48,512 bases of DNA from Marivivens sp. Its GTDB lineage: Bacteria; Pseudomonadota; Alphaproteobacteria; Rhodobacterales; Rhodobacteraceae. A program made the translations under genes and the position numbers. The stretch lies in assembly GCA_023254495.1 (NCBI GenBank), contig JALRLK010000048.1, forward strand, positions 1 to 48,512, in the 5' to 3' direction. Each line of letters starts with the position of its first letter. The first letter of the stretch is position 1. Below are positions 27,628-38,296 of this stretch, piece by piece. A model generated the notes under the pieces. It did not search any database. It was given only the letters and a program-made list of their open reading frames with translations, and was not told where the DNA came from.

Positions 27628-28725
27628 TCAGTCGGTCTTGTCTCCCTTTTGGATCAATTTCGCCTTGGCGGCAGCGTCCTTCAAGATGCGCGGCAGGCGG
27701 CGCATGGCCTTGTAGATCTCGATATGGGTCGCAATCGGCACGGCCGGATAGCCCATCATGATGCGGCGTGCCGGAACATTTGAAAGCGCGATGGTCGCCC
27801 CCGTCAAAACCACATCATCCCCGATGGTGATATTGTCAGCCACACCGGTTTTGCCACCCAGAACCACCCGATCACCCAAGACCGCGGACCCGGCTATCGC
27901 GGCTTGGGCAGAGATCAGGCAATCCCCGCCGATGATCACATTATGGCCAACCTGCACTAGATTATCGATCTTCGTCCCCGATCCAATCCGCGTGGGCCGG
28001 ATCGTTCCGGCATCGACGGTACTGTTCGCGCCAATCTCAACATCATCGCCAATCTCGACCCCGCCGAGCGAATGGATGCGGTGCCAGGTGGCGTCCTGTG
28101 GAACGACAATTTCCGCATTTCCAAGATCGCGACGGGCGCGCTCGACGTTGCTTTCGGCCTCGGAAACGAAGGAAAAACCGTCAGCCCCGATGACGACATT
28201 GGGATGAAGAATTGCGCGTGCCCCTATGCGGACCTTTCTGCGTAGTCTCACCCCGTCGAGCACAAGGCAATCAGGGCCGATCACGACGCCGGGGGCAATC
28301 GACGAATGTGCCCCAATCCGGCATCCCACGCCTATCTTGGCGCCGGCACCGATCACGACGAAGGGACCGATCCCCACGTCATCGCCGATTTCGACATCCG
28401 GCCCCACAACCGCACTGGGATGGACACCCGCGCCGCCGATCTTTTGTCCGTCGAGATACCCGGTCAGGCGCGCCATCGCCAGACGCGCACGCGGCACCGC
28501 AATCGCCGCCTCCAGTCCAAGCGCCTGCCAATCGGCACCGGGCCAGATAACGGCGGCTCGGGCGCGCCCGTTCTTCAGCGCTGGGCCATAGGCGGGGCTC
28601 ATCGCAAGGGCCAAATCGTCCGGTCCGGCAGTCGCGGGTTCGGTGGCTGTCTGGATGACAAGAGAGGTATCTCCGAAGGCTTCCGCCCCCAGCGCCTTGG
28701 CAATATCTGCGATCCTGTGACCCAT
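27628..28725 (-). CDS. LpxD-type UDP-3-O-acylglucosamine N-acyltransferase paralogue
   Basis: ATG 28725 gives [19 protein letters not shown] (LpxD-like N-domain), then long hexapeptide-repeat runs ([26 protein letters not shown]...) and a catalytic-His context QVGHNVIIG. About 20 extra residues ([27 protein letters not shown]) lie between GFSF and RIHSLG, compared with E. coli LpxD as I remember it. Confidence 0.8.
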   Translation of the reverse strand: MGHRIADIAKALGAEAFGDTSLVIQTATEPATAGPDDLALAMSPAYGPALKNGRARAAVIWPGADWQALGLEAAIAVPRARLAMARLTGYLDGQKIGGAGVHPSAVVGPDVEIGDDVGIGPFVVIGAGAKIGVGCRIGAHSSIAPGVVIGPDCLVLDGVRLRRKVRIGARAILHPNVVIGADGFSFVSEAESNVERARRDLGNAEIVVPQDATWHRIHSLGGVEIGDDVEIGANSTVDAGTIRPTRIGSGTKIDNLVQVGHNVIIGGDCLISAQAAIAGSAVLGDRVVLGGKTGVADNITIGDDVVLTGATIALSNVPARRIMMGYPAVPIATHIEIYKAMRRLPRILKDAAAKAKLIQKGDKTD

Positions 28726-28750
28726 GGCTGCCCCCGTCTTTGTCAGGGAT

Positions 28751-30463
28751 TTAGCCCCGAACAGCCCGCGCCGCCACCCCTTCTCGCGCGAGCGCGTCCC
28801 AAATCTTGGCATCCCGACCATAGATGTCGCGGCGAAACTCGATGCCACCTGCGGCCGTCGTGAATGCGGTGCGATAGTCGATATGCACCGGAACCGGCTG
28901 CTCAAGCCGCACTTCGATCTCGTCGCCGAGCGCCTTCATCGTCTCATAGTAGCTGACCGGATCCGAGACCTGCTTGGCCAGCAGAGCATAGGCAAAGTCG
29001 CGCGGGTCATCGAGACGGATGCAGCCATGGCTAAACGCACGAACCTCTTTGGCGAAAAGGCTCTGGGACGGGGTATCATGCAGATAGATGTTGTAGGGGT
29101 TGGGGAACATGAATTTCACTTCGCCCAAAGCGTTGCCCTGGCTTGGGGGTTCACGCATCCCAAATGGAAATGTCGTCTCGTCGAAGGCGGAAAAATCCGT
29201 TCCAAGCCGCTCAACGATAGATCCGTCCTCGCGGGTGATCTCGAGATTGTTGACAGCCAGCGGATCCTCTTGGAGGAGCGGAAGATATTCGTTGACGATG
29301 ATCGAGCGCGGCACATACCAGCCGGGGTTCAGCACCATATATTCCATACGGTCCGAGAATTCCGGGCTGCGCTGATCCTCGACATTGGCGCCCACCACCG
29401 ATCTCGTGACGAAAGTGACTTCACCATTATCCACGATCTTGGCGGTGAAATCCGTGAGATTAACCCAAATATGCCGATCGCCGAGGGGCTGGTTGTTCCA
29501 ACGTTCCCGCTCCATCGCCACAAAGATCGACTGCAGGCGTGCCGCTGCGGTCACGTTGACCTCGCCCAATGTGCCCTGCCCCGCGATTCCGTCGGGGTTA
29601 AGGCCATGATCCAGCTGGAACCGCTGAACGGCCTCCTGCAACGGCCCGTCATAGACGGCCGAGGCGGTCCGGCGCATATATCCCATACGGATCAATCGGT
29701 TGCGAAGCGCTACGACCGCATCCGAGCTATCGCCGGGTCGCAGGTTAACGTCCGAGTAGACCGGTGCGCCCCAATCGCCGGCAGCGACGATCCGCTCGAG
29801 ATCGAACTTGGCCTTGAGGAGCCGGGCGTATTCTTGGCTTTGCGGCGGCAGTGTACGAATGAAAGCGGTCGGCGTCGATTTGGAAAAGGCGTCAAGGATG
29901 GAGCCGCGATCACGATGCGGCACCCGCCGCTTGATATCTTCGACCACGTCGCCGGGAACGAGAACGCCGGTCTGAATATCCCGCGCATAGCTCAGGAATA
30001 TGCGGCTCAAATCGACATCGATCTTCCCAAGTTCAGCCTGACTGCGGGCGCCACGGATATTTGCCTCCAGAGCCGCGCTGTCATACCGCGCCGCCGGCAG
30101 ACCATGATCGCCGGCTTCGTTAAAGGCCGAAAGAAGTGCCGCCCTGCGAGCCCGCTCATCTTTGCCGGAGCCAATCCACAACCCACTAAAATCGCGAGCC
30201 CGATAGAAATTGAGCAAAACACGATCGTTCGAGGCCGCCTCGGCAACCGCCTGACGGAACGCGGCACTTTCCTGCGCCCCAACAGCTGTTCCGCTCAGAG
30301 ACAGTGAGGCGACAACAGCGACCAGAACCAGCAAAAGTTTCGCCCGAAAAACCTGTTTCAAACCAGAAAACTCAATAAGATTTGCAGTCCTAGAACCCAT
30401 AAGTCCCCTCAGGCAAAGGTAGTCAAAAATATCGGGAACAAGACTCCCTGTCGCGCGGGTCAT
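28751..30463 (-). CDS. L,D-transpeptidase, YcbB/LdtD-like
   Basis: 570 aa. N-terminal signal/TM ([23 protein letters not shown]), a peptidoglycan-binding-like region ([23 protein letters not shown]) and the YkuD catalytic motif AFSHGCIRL. The start is uncertain (30463 or 30400). Confidence 0.85.
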   Translation of the reverse strand: MTRATGSLVPDIFDYLCLRGLMGSRTANLIEFSGLKQVFRAKLLLVLVAVVASLSLSGTAVGAQESAAFRQAVAEAASNDRVLLNFYRARDFSGLWIGSGKDERARRAALLSAFNEAGDHGLPAARYDSAALEANIRGARSQAELGKIDVDLSRIFLSYARDIQTGVLVPGDVVEDIKRRVPHRDRGSILDAFSKSTPTAFIRTLPPQSQEYARLLKAKFDLERIVAAGDWGAPVYSDVNLRPGDSSDAVVALRNRLIRMGYMRRTASAVYDGPLQEAVQRFQLDHGLNPDGIAGQGTLGEVNVTAAARLQSIFVAMERERWNNQPLGDRHIWVNLTDFTAKIVDNGEVTFVTRSVVGANVEDQRSPEFSDRMEYMVLNPGWYVPRSIIVNEYLPLLQEDPLAVNNLEITREDGSIVERLGTDFSAFDETTFPFGMREPPSQGNALGEVKFMFPNPYNIYLHDTPSQSLFAKEVRAFSHGCIRLDDPRDFAYALLAKQVSDPVSYYETMKALGDEIEVRLEQPVPVHIDYRTAFTTAAGGIEFRRDIYGRDAKIWDALAREGVAARAVRG

Positions 30464-30711
30464 GTCTATTCACAATCCCGACAGCTTGCCACGGCAGGTT
30501 AATCTGTTGCTCGTCTGCTTTGGCATTTTCGTCACAGCAGGCACCCTCGAGAGCTAGGCCAAAAGCCGCCGATTACCCATTTTTTGAGCAAAAAAACAGA
30601 AAAAGATGGTTGGTCAACCGACTCAGTCGTGGCATAGTTTGCTCGCATCTTGGGGGATGTCGCCAATTGACCCGCGAAAAGCGGGCGACAGGAAGATGGG
30701 ACAAGGTTCAA

Positions 30712-31278
30712 ATGACTGATACCTCATCGGGCATCTCTCGACGCGGTCTTTTACGTGCCTTCGCCGCGACCGCGATCACCGCAGCCCCCACATTTTCGAA
30801 CGCGGCAAGCTTTCTGCGTGGGGCTGGAGATATCCGTCGGGTCAAGATGTTTTCCGGCCGCACGGGCGAAAAGATCGACATCGTCTACTGGATTGAAGGC
30901 GACTATATCTCTGAAGCGATGACCGAGATTTCAAAGTTCATGCGTGATTTTCGCACGGGTCAGGTCATGAAGATCGACAACCGCACCGTCGATATCATCG
31001 CCGCCACCTATGCGCTTCTAGACGTGACCGAGCCCTACAACCTTCTCTCCGGCTACCGAACCCCGCAGACCAACGCGATGCTGCGCGAAAGCTCGAGCAA
31101 GGTCGCCGTCAACTCTCTGCATATGCGCGGCCAGGCGGCCGACCTGCGTCTATCGTCGCGCTCGGTCCGGCAAGTGGTTGCTGCTGCCACTTCGTGCGCC
31201 GCTGGCGGTGTTGGAAAATATTCCCGCTCGAACTTCACCCATATGGATTGCGGTGATATCCGTACCTGGGGCAGCTAG
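30712..31278 (+). CDS. DUF882 / peptidase M15A protein, YcbK(MepK)-like, Tat signal
   Basis: ATG 30712 gives MTDTSSGISRRGLLRAFAATAITAAPTFSNA (twin-arginine signal). The C-terminus has SLHMRGQAADL...FTHMD metal-ligand contexts. It is divergent from the ldtD-like gene, as ycbB/ycbK are neighbours in E. coli. Confidence 0.8.
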   Translation: MTDTSSGISRRGLLRAFAATAITAAPTFSNAASFLRGAGDIRRVKMFSGRTGEKIDIVYWIEGDYISEAMTEISKFMRDFRTGQVMKIDNRTVDIIAATYALLDVTEPYNLLSGYRTPQTNAMLRESSSKVAVNSLHMRGQAADLRLSSRSVRQVVAAATSCAAGGVGKYSRSNFTHMDCGDIRTWGS

Positions 31279-31290
31279 TCCTGCGACATG

Positions 31291-31312
31291 GGCGCCTTCG
31301 GGCGCCTTTTTT
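31291..31312 (+). terminator. Intrinsic terminator after the DUF882 gene
   Basis: GGCGCC-ttcg-GGCGCC followed by TTTTTT. Confidence 0.85.
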
Positions 31313-31334
31313 GTTGGCACTGCTTGAAGGAAGC

Positions 31335-31411
<77 letters not shown>

Positions 31412-31462
31412 CTATCGCGGGGCTATAGGCCAAGCGGCCCTGCCCCGCAATCGGAAATCGGC

Positions 31463-32683
31463 CTATCCGAAGAGATCGTTGCATAGCTCAAGCGCGCTCA
31501 CCAGCGCCTCGACCTCGGCTTCGGTATTGTAGAGCGCAAAGGACGCACGGGCTGTGGCCGGAACTCCCAAGTGCTCCATAAGGGGCTGGGCGCAGTGGTG
31601 GCCTGCGCGCACGGCGACGCCGCGCTTGTCGAGCACGGTCGAGATATCGTGGGCGTGCGCCGCGCCGTTGAGGGTGAGCGAAAAGATCGCCGCCTTCTGC
31701 GCGGCATTGCCTTGGATATTCAGCCAGTTGAGCCCCTTGAGGCGGCTCTCGGCATAGGCCCGCAGGCGCGCCTCGTGGGCCGCCACATTCTCCATCCCGA
31801 GGTCCATCAGGTAATCGAGCGCCACGCCAAAGCCGATGGTCTGGACGATGCCGGGTGTTCCGGCCTCAAACTTCATCGGCGGCTCGGCATAGCTCACCGC
31901 CTCGCGCGTGACCTCGCGGATCATGTCGCCGCCGCCAAGGAAGGGGCGCATCTCGGCCAGGCGCTCCTTGCGGACATAGATCGCGCCGGAACCGGAGGGG
32001 CCATAGAGCTTGTGGCCGGTGATGGGGTAGAAATCACAGCCGATGTCCTGCACGTCGACCGGCATATGCACGGCGCCCTGCGAGCCATCGACCAATACCG
32101 GCACCCCCTTCTCGCGGGCAGCGGCGCAGATCGTCTTCACATCGACGATGGTGCCGAGGACGTTCGAGCAATGGGTCACGGCGACGAGCTTGGTCTTGGG
32201 CCCAATCGCGTCGATCACCTTCTGGGGATCGAGCGATCCATCCGCCTCAGGCTCCACCCATTTCAGCACGACCCCCTGCCGTTCGCGCAGGAAATGCCAA
32301 GGCACGATATTGGCGTGATGCTCCATGACCGACAGAACGATCTCGTCGCCCGCCTGCATCCGCGGCATCGCCCATGCATAGGCGATCATGTTGATGCCCT
32401 CGGTGGTGCCCGAGTTCAGAACGATCTCGTTTTCCGAGGCGGCATTGAGGAAGCGGGCGATCTTGCCGCGCACCGCCTCGTATTTTTCGGTGGCGAGGTT
32501 CGAGAGGTAATGCAGGCCGCGATGGACGTTGGCATATTCCTGCGAATAGCCAACCGTTACCGCATGGATCACCGCTTGCGGCTTCTGCGCCGAGGCGCCG
32601 TTGTCGAGGTAGACAAGCGGCTTGCCATTCACCTCGCGGGCAAGGATCGGGAAATCGGCGCGGATCTTTTCGACGTCATACAT
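31463..32683 (-). CDS. sufS: Cysteine desulfurase SufS (group II)
   Basis: 406 aa. DFPIL...[12 protein letters not shown]-terminus, PLP-lysine context [13 protein letters not shown] and RAGHHCAQP near the C-terminus. Confidence 0.93.
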   Translation of the reverse strand: MYDVEKIRADFPILAREVNGKPLVYLDNGASAQKPQAVIHAVTVGYSQEYANVHRGLHYLSNLATEKYEAVRGKIARFLNAASENEIVLNSGTTEGINMIAYAWAMPRMQAGDEIVLSVMEHHANIVPWHFLRERQGVVLKWVEPEADGSLDPQKVIDAIGPKTKLVAVTHCSNVLGTIVDVKTICAAAREKGVPVLVDGSQGAVHMPVDVQDIGCDFYPITGHKLYGPSGSGAIYVRKERLAEMRPFLGGGDMIREVTREAVSYAEPPMKFEAGTPGIVQTIGFGVALDYLMDLGMENVAAHEARLRAYAESRLKGLNWLNIQGNAAQKAAIFSLTLNGAAHAHDISTVLDKRGVAVRAGHHCAQPLMEHLGVPATARASFALYNTEAEVEALVSALELCNDLFG

Positions 32684-32686
32684 GGG

Positions 32687-33169
32687 TCAGCCCTTCACAG
32701 CTTCGCGGAGAGATTGCCCCAGAATCCAGATAAAGCCCGCGATCAACACCCCTCCAACCAAAGATGTTCCGGCCGAGTCCCCCAGAAATCCGCTGCTGAG
32801 GCCAAACAAGAGGCTCGCCGGAGCAGAGGCCAAAAGGGTCCAAAACAGCGCCAGACGTGCGCCATAGCCCGTCACATTCGTCCTGAGCAGTCGAGCAACC
32901 AGATAAATGACCACCGCCAGCACATAGGCCAACAACGGGACGAAGAAGAGCCAGACGACAAGGGCTTCCTGAATCAGGGCTTCCACCGGGATATCGAGAC
33001 CCGATGTCGCCTCACGAGACAAGCGCGGCCACTGGGCGACCCATGTCAAAAGGCACCCCGCCATCAGGATGATGAGCGCACGGCTTTCCTTTTCTCCCCG
33101 GTCCAAGAGGCCCCGCATTACCGCGCGAGGCCGGACCCATGCCCGAAGGACGTCGTTTGAGATCGACAT
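32687..33169 (-). CDS. Yip1-family integral membrane protein
   Basis: 160 aa with about 4-5 hydrophobic segments. It lies between sufD and sufS with 1-3 nt spacers. Confidence 0.6.
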   Translation of the reverse strand: MSISNDVLRAWVRPRAVMRGLLDRGEKESRALIILMAGCLLTWVAQWPRLSREATSGLDIPVEALIQEALVVWLFFVPLLAYVLAVVIYLVARLLRTNVTGYGARLALFWTLLASAPASLLFGLSSGFLGDSAGTSLVGGVLIAGFIWILGQSLREAVKG

Positions 33170-33170
33170 A

Positions 33171-34468
33171 TCAGCGATGCCTTTTCAGCCAGCTTTCCAG
33201 ACGTTCACGCAGGTCTTCGGCCAAGGCCTCGTCCTCGATCTCGGCCAGCGCCTCGGCAAGGAAAGCCAGCGTCAGAAGGTCGATGGCCTCTTTCTCGGGA
33301 ACCCCGCGCGAGCGGAGGTAGAAAAGCCCCGTCTCGTCGATCGCGCCCGAGGTGGACCCATGCGAACAGGCCACGTCATCGGCATAGATCTCGAGCTCGG
33401 GCTTGGCGAGGAACTGGCTGTCGTCGTCAAGAAGAAGCGACTGGCTGATCTGATAGCCATCGGTCTTCTGCGCGTCCGGTTTGACAAGGATCTTGCCTTG
33501 GAACACGCCGGTTGCCGCGTTGCGCAGGACCTTCTTGAAGACTTGACGGCTTTCGCAAGCCACCGCGTCGTGGGTGATGAACACCGTATCGTCGTGGTGG
33601 AAATCCTTGCCGTCGCCGACGCAGGCGCCCGCCACATGGGCCACGGCCTCATCGCCTGTGATGGTGATGATCGTCTCGTTGCGTGTGAGCCGCCCGTTCA
33701 CGGTCAGCGTGAAGGATTTATAGGTCGATCCTGCGCCAAGGCGGGCAAAGCTGCCGGTCACGGCGCGGCGCTCTTGGTCGCGGCCTTGGGTGCGGACATG
33801 GTGGAAGGCGCCGCCATCGGCCACATCGACCTCCATCACCTTGCTCAGCCGCGCGGCGGCGGGGCCGTTTTCGAGGAAGGTGAGATCGGCGCCCTTCTCG
33901 ACGCGGATCACGTGATGCAGGATCGCGTCCGAATTCGTCGCGCGGTGCAGGTAGCTCACATTGACCGGACGGCTCACCTTGCCCGTGGCGCGGATCACCA
34001 CGCCATCGGTTGCGAAGGCGGTGTTCAGCGCCGCAAGCGGGCGCTCGACCGGATCGTGACCCTCGGTCTCGAGCTTGCCGTAGAGGTCTTTGGACCAGTG
34101 GATATCCTTGGCCATCGCCGTCGACAGACGCTCGATCTCAAGGTTCTCGCCGCTCATGTCGTCCGACATCTCGGGATCATAGACCCCGTCGACGAAGACG
34201 ATGCGCAAACGGTCGGTCCCGTCGAACATCGGGCGCTCGTCGGGGGTGAAGAGCGCGGCCTCAGGCGCCTCGCCCGCTGTCAGGCTCGCCGGATCGGTGT
34301 ATTTCCAATACTCGTCGCGCTTGGTGGGCAGACCCATGGCGCCAACCCGCGCCAAAGCCTCCTGCCGCGCCGCATTGGCCCAGGCGGCACCTTGCGGCAG
34401 CGTCAGCCCCGCCATCCGCGCGGCGGCGGCGTCGGCCCGCAGCGCCTTCAGCGTCTCGGCCCGCCCCA

Positions 34469-34469
<1 letters not shown>
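33171..34469 (-). CDS. sufD: Fe-S cluster assembly protein SufD
   Basis: 432 aa. Beta-helix SufB/D family sequence (KPELEIYADDVACSHGSTSGAIDETGLFYLRSRG). The start overlaps the sufC stop. Confidence 0.9.
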
Positions 34470-35227
<758 letters not shown>

Positions 35228-35252
35228 CTTTTCTTTTCTTTCCTTAACACGG

Positions 35253-35316
35253 TGCCGGGCTGAAGCCCGGCCTACCCGGTATATCGTTCATCCGTAGGCC
35301 GGGCTTCAGCCCGGCA
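35253..35316. repeat. REP-like element pair: two 22-nt GC-rich palindromic units in perfect inverted orientation
   Basis: GCCGGGCTGAAGCCCGGCCTAC (35254-35275) and its exact reverse complement GTAGGCCGGGCTTCAGCCCGGC (35294-35315), separated by 18 nt. Each unit is itself a 7-bp hairpin (GCCGGGC/GCCCGGC). Confidence 0.8.
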
Positions 35317-35321
35317 ACCCT

Positions 35322-35633
35322 CTATTCAATCACAACAGCCGTGCCGGATGCCGACACCATGAGCATGTTGTTGATCACTTCATGGTCGAGATCGACCCCG
35401 ACAATCGCATTGGCCCCCATCGCGCGCGCCGCATCTTCCATCTCGCCAAGCGCGGTCTTTCGCGCTTTGCCAAGCTCCTGTTCATAGGCGCCCGAACGAC
35501 CCCCGATGATATCGGTAATCGAGGCAAATAGATCGCGGAACACATTGGCGCCCAAGATGGCCTCGCCGGTGACGATGCCGTGGTATTTCGAGATCGGGCG
35601 GCCTTCGATAGAGGGGGTGGTGGTAATGATCAT
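35322..35633 (-). CDS. YbjQ/UPF0145 family protein
   Basis: 103 aa from ATG 35633 (overlaps the sufB stop, ATGA). [51 protein letters not shown] is typical of the YbjQ family. Confidence 0.8.
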   Translation of the reverse strand: MIITTTPSIEGRPISKYHGIVTGEAILGANVFRDLFASITDIIGGRSGAYEQELGKARKTALGEMEDAARAMGANAIVGVDLDHEVINNMLMVSASGTAVVIE

Positions 35634-37153
35634 CCGACACTTCCTTCCAAAGAAATTGCGACCAACTGCTGCGCTTCCATGGCAAATTCCATCGGCAACG
35701 CCTGCAGCACTTCCTTGCAGAAGCCGTTGACGACAAGCGCCACCGCCTCTTCCTCGTCCATGCCCCGCGAGCGGCAATAGAAGAGCTGATCGTCATCCAC
35801 CTTCGAGGTCGTCGCCTCATGCTCGACCCGGCTCGAGTTGTTTTTCACCTCGATATAGGGCACCGTGTGCGCCCCGCATTTGTCGCCGATCAGAAGGCTG
35901 TCGCACTGGGTATAGTTGCGGCTATTCTTGGCGCGCGGGTGCATCGAAACAAGGCCCCGATAAGTATTCTGCGCCTTGCCCGCCGAGATGCCTTTCGAGA
36001 CGATCCGGCTCTTGGTGTTCTTGCCAAGGTGGACCATCTTCGTCCCGGTATCGGCCTGCTGCATATTGTTTGCAATGGCGATGGAATAGAACTCGCCCTG
36101 GCTATCGTTGCCCCGCAGGATGCAGGAGGGATATTTCCACGTCACCGCCGAGCCGGTCTCGACCTGCGTCCACATGACCTTGGCGCGGTCACCCCGACAA
36201 TCGGCGCGTTTGGTGACGAAGTTATAGATGCCGCCCTTGCCGTTCTCGTCGCCCGGATACCAGTTCTGTACGGTCGAGTATTTCACCTCGGCGTCTTCTT
36301 CGATGATGATCTCGACCACAGCCGCATGAAGCTGCGCCTGATCCCGCTTGGGCGCGGTGCAGCCTTCGAGATAGGACACATAGGAGCCTTTATCGGCAAT
36401 GATCAGCGTCCGCTCGAACTGGCCGGTGTTCTCGGCGTTGATGCGGAAATAGGTCGAAAGCTCCATCGGGCAGCGCACACCGGGCGGGACATATACGAAA
36501 GACCCATCGGAAAAGACGGCCGAATTCAGCGTGGCATAGAAATTGTCCGAGGCAGGAACCACGGAGCCGAGGTATTTCTTCACAAGCTCGGGATGCTCGC
36601 GGATCGCCTCGGAGATCGAGCAGAAGATCACGCCGGCTTTCTTCAGCTCCTTCTGGAAGGTCGTGCCGACCGACACAGAGTCAAACACCGCATCGACCGC
36701 CACCTTGCGGCCCTCGGCGGGCATATCCTCGGCGCCTTCGACGCCTGCAAGGATCATCTGCTCCTTGAGCGGAATCCCGAGCTTCTCATAGGTCGCCAAG
36801 AGCTTGGGATCGACATCATCAAGGCTCTTTGGCTTTTCGATCATGCTCTTGGGGCGGGCGTAGTAATACTGGTCCTGAAAGTTGATCTCAGGATAGTTGA
36901 CCATCGCCCAATCAGGCTCTTCCATCTGCTCCCAGCGGGCAAAGGCCTGCAGGCGCCATTCGGTCATCCACTCGGGTTCTTCGTTCTTGGCGCTGATGAG
37001 CCGAACGATATCGGGGTTCACGCCCTTGGGGGCGTATTCCATCTCGATCTCGGTCTCCCAGCCGTATTTGTACTTGCCCGACAGGCGCTGCACGGCATCG
37101 ACCGTTTCCTGATCAACGCCCTCTTTCACCTGTGTCTGGTCTTCCGTGCTCAT
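35630..37153 (-). CDS. sufB: Fe-S cluster assembly scaffold SufB
   Basis: ATG 37153 is preceded by gagAGGAAAga. 507 aa. Highly conserved SufB sequence ([26 protein letters not shown]..., [21 protein letters not shown]). Confidence 0.95.
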   Translation of the reverse strand: MSTEDQTQVKEGVDQETVDAVQRLSGKYKYGWETEIEMEYAPKGVNPDIVRLISAKNEEPEWMTEWRLQAFARWEQMEEPDWAMVNYPEINFQDQYYYARPKSMIEKPKSLDDVDPKLLATYEKLGIPLKEQMILAGVEGAEDMPAEGRKVAVDAVFDSVSVGTTFQKELKKAGVIFCSISEAIREHPELVKKYLGSVVPASDNFYATLNSAVFSDGSFVYVPPGVRCPMELSTYFRINAENTGQFERTLIIADKGSYVSYLEGCTAPKRDQAQLHAAVVEIIIEEDAEVKYSTVQNWYPGDENGKGGIYNFVTKRADCRGDRAKVMWTQVETGSAVTWKYPSCILRGNDSQGEFYSIAIANNMQQADTGTKMVHLGKNTKSRIVSKGISAGKAQNTYRGLVSMHPRAKNSRNYTQCDSLLIGDKCGAHTVPYIEVKNNSSRVEHEATTSKVDDDQLFYCRSRGMDEEEAVALVVNGFCKEVLQALPMEFAMEAQQLVAISLEGSVG

Positions 37154-37164
37154 CGTCTTTCCTC

Positions 37165-38208
37165 TCACGCAGCGCGGCTGCGCTTTCTGCGGTATGTGTC
37201 TGCCCAAGCCTTCGCAAAAGCCAATACGTCATCACGCCGCGTCTGGATCCCTAAAGACACCCGCAGCGCCGAGGCCGCCGCCTCGTCGTCAAATCCCATG
37301 GCGGTCAGAACCCGGCTCGCCTTGACCTTGCCGCTCGAACAGGCCGAGCCCGCCGAGACAGCATAGCCCGCAAGATCCATCGCCATGACCTGCGTCTCGC
37401 CCTTCCAGCCGGGCGCCACGATCATCGAGGTATTCGGAAGGCGCATCACCCCCTGTCCGACCACGGTGATCCCTTCGGCCCCGTTCTGAAGAACGGCCTC
37501 AAGCTCATCCCGAAGTGCGGCAACCTCGTCCCAGCGTCCGGCCGCCAGATCGGCCTGCGCCGCCTCGGCCGCGGCTCCAAAGCCTGCAATGCCGATGACA
37601 TTCTCTGTCCCCGACCGGCGCCCCAGTTCTTGCCCGCCGCCCTTGATCTGCGCAGCAAGCTCGGTGCCTTTCGGTACGATAAGAGCGCCAACCCCTTTCG
37701 GCCCACCAATCTTGTGCGCCGAAAGAAACACCATGCCCACACCCGACCAGCCGTAGGCAAACGCCAACTTGCCAAACCCTTGCGTGATATCGGATACCGC
37801 CAAACCTTCCGGCAAAGCCTGAACCACGCCAGTCTCGGAATTGGCCAGTTGCACGGTCGATCCCGCCGGATCGTCCACCGCCACCGCCCCATCTGCCGAA
37901 ACCGCTAGGCTCTCGTCAACCCAAGCCCGCACCGCATCATGCTCGATGCCCGCGCCCTTCAAACCCCGCCCCGCCAGCGCCAAAGCCGCCGCTTCCGTCG
38001 CCCCGGAGGTAAAAATCACCTCCGCCCCGGAGGCCCCCAAAGCCTCGGAAACCTGCGCCCGCGCCCGCTCGATCACAGCCTTGGCCGCGCGCCCCTCGGA
38101 GTGAACCGACGAGGGATTCCCATATAGGTCCATCGCCGCGATCATTGCCGCCCGCGCCTCATCGCTCAACGGCGTCGTCGCATCGTGATCCAGATAGACC
38201 CGCGCCAT
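37165..38208 (-). CDS. Class V aminotransferase / NifS-IscS-like cysteine desulfurase
   Basis: 347 aa. [10 protein letters not shown]-terminus, PLP-lysine context [15 protein letters not shown] and active-site Cys context SAGSACSSG. First structural gene after the Rrf2 regulator. Confidence 0.85.
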   Translation of the reverse strand: MARVYLDHDATTPLSDEARAAMIAAMDLYGNPSSVHSEGRAAKAVIERARAQVSEALGASGAEVIFTSGATEAAALALAGRGLKGAGIEHDAVRAWVDESLAVSADGAVAVDDPAGSTVQLANSETGVVQALPEGLAVSDITQGFGKLAFAYGWSGVGMVFLSAHKIGGPKGVGALIVPKGTELAAQIKGGGQELGRRSGTENVIGIAGFGAAAEAAQADLAAGRWDEVAALRDELEAVLQNGAEGITVVGQGVMRLPNTSMIVAPGWKGETQVMAMDLAGYAVSAGSACSSGKVKASRVLTAMGFDDEAAASALRVSLGIQTRRDDVLAFAKAWADTYRRKRSRAA

Positions 38209-38220
38209 CAGAGACCGCTC

Positions 38221-38277
38221 CTCTTTTGGCCGGAAATACTCCGAGGGAGTCCGCAGCGCGGACGGGGGCAGAGCCCC
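38221..38277 (-). repeat. Structured ~55-nt intergenic repeat, copy A (sense on the minus strand)
   Basis: Its reverse complement GGGGCTCTGCCCCCGtccgcgctgcggaCTCCCtCGGAGTATTTCcggCCAAAAGAgGAG aligns block for block with 44321-44373. Confidence 0.7.
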
Positions 38278-38296
38278 ATCTTATGCAAAGCCCCAA

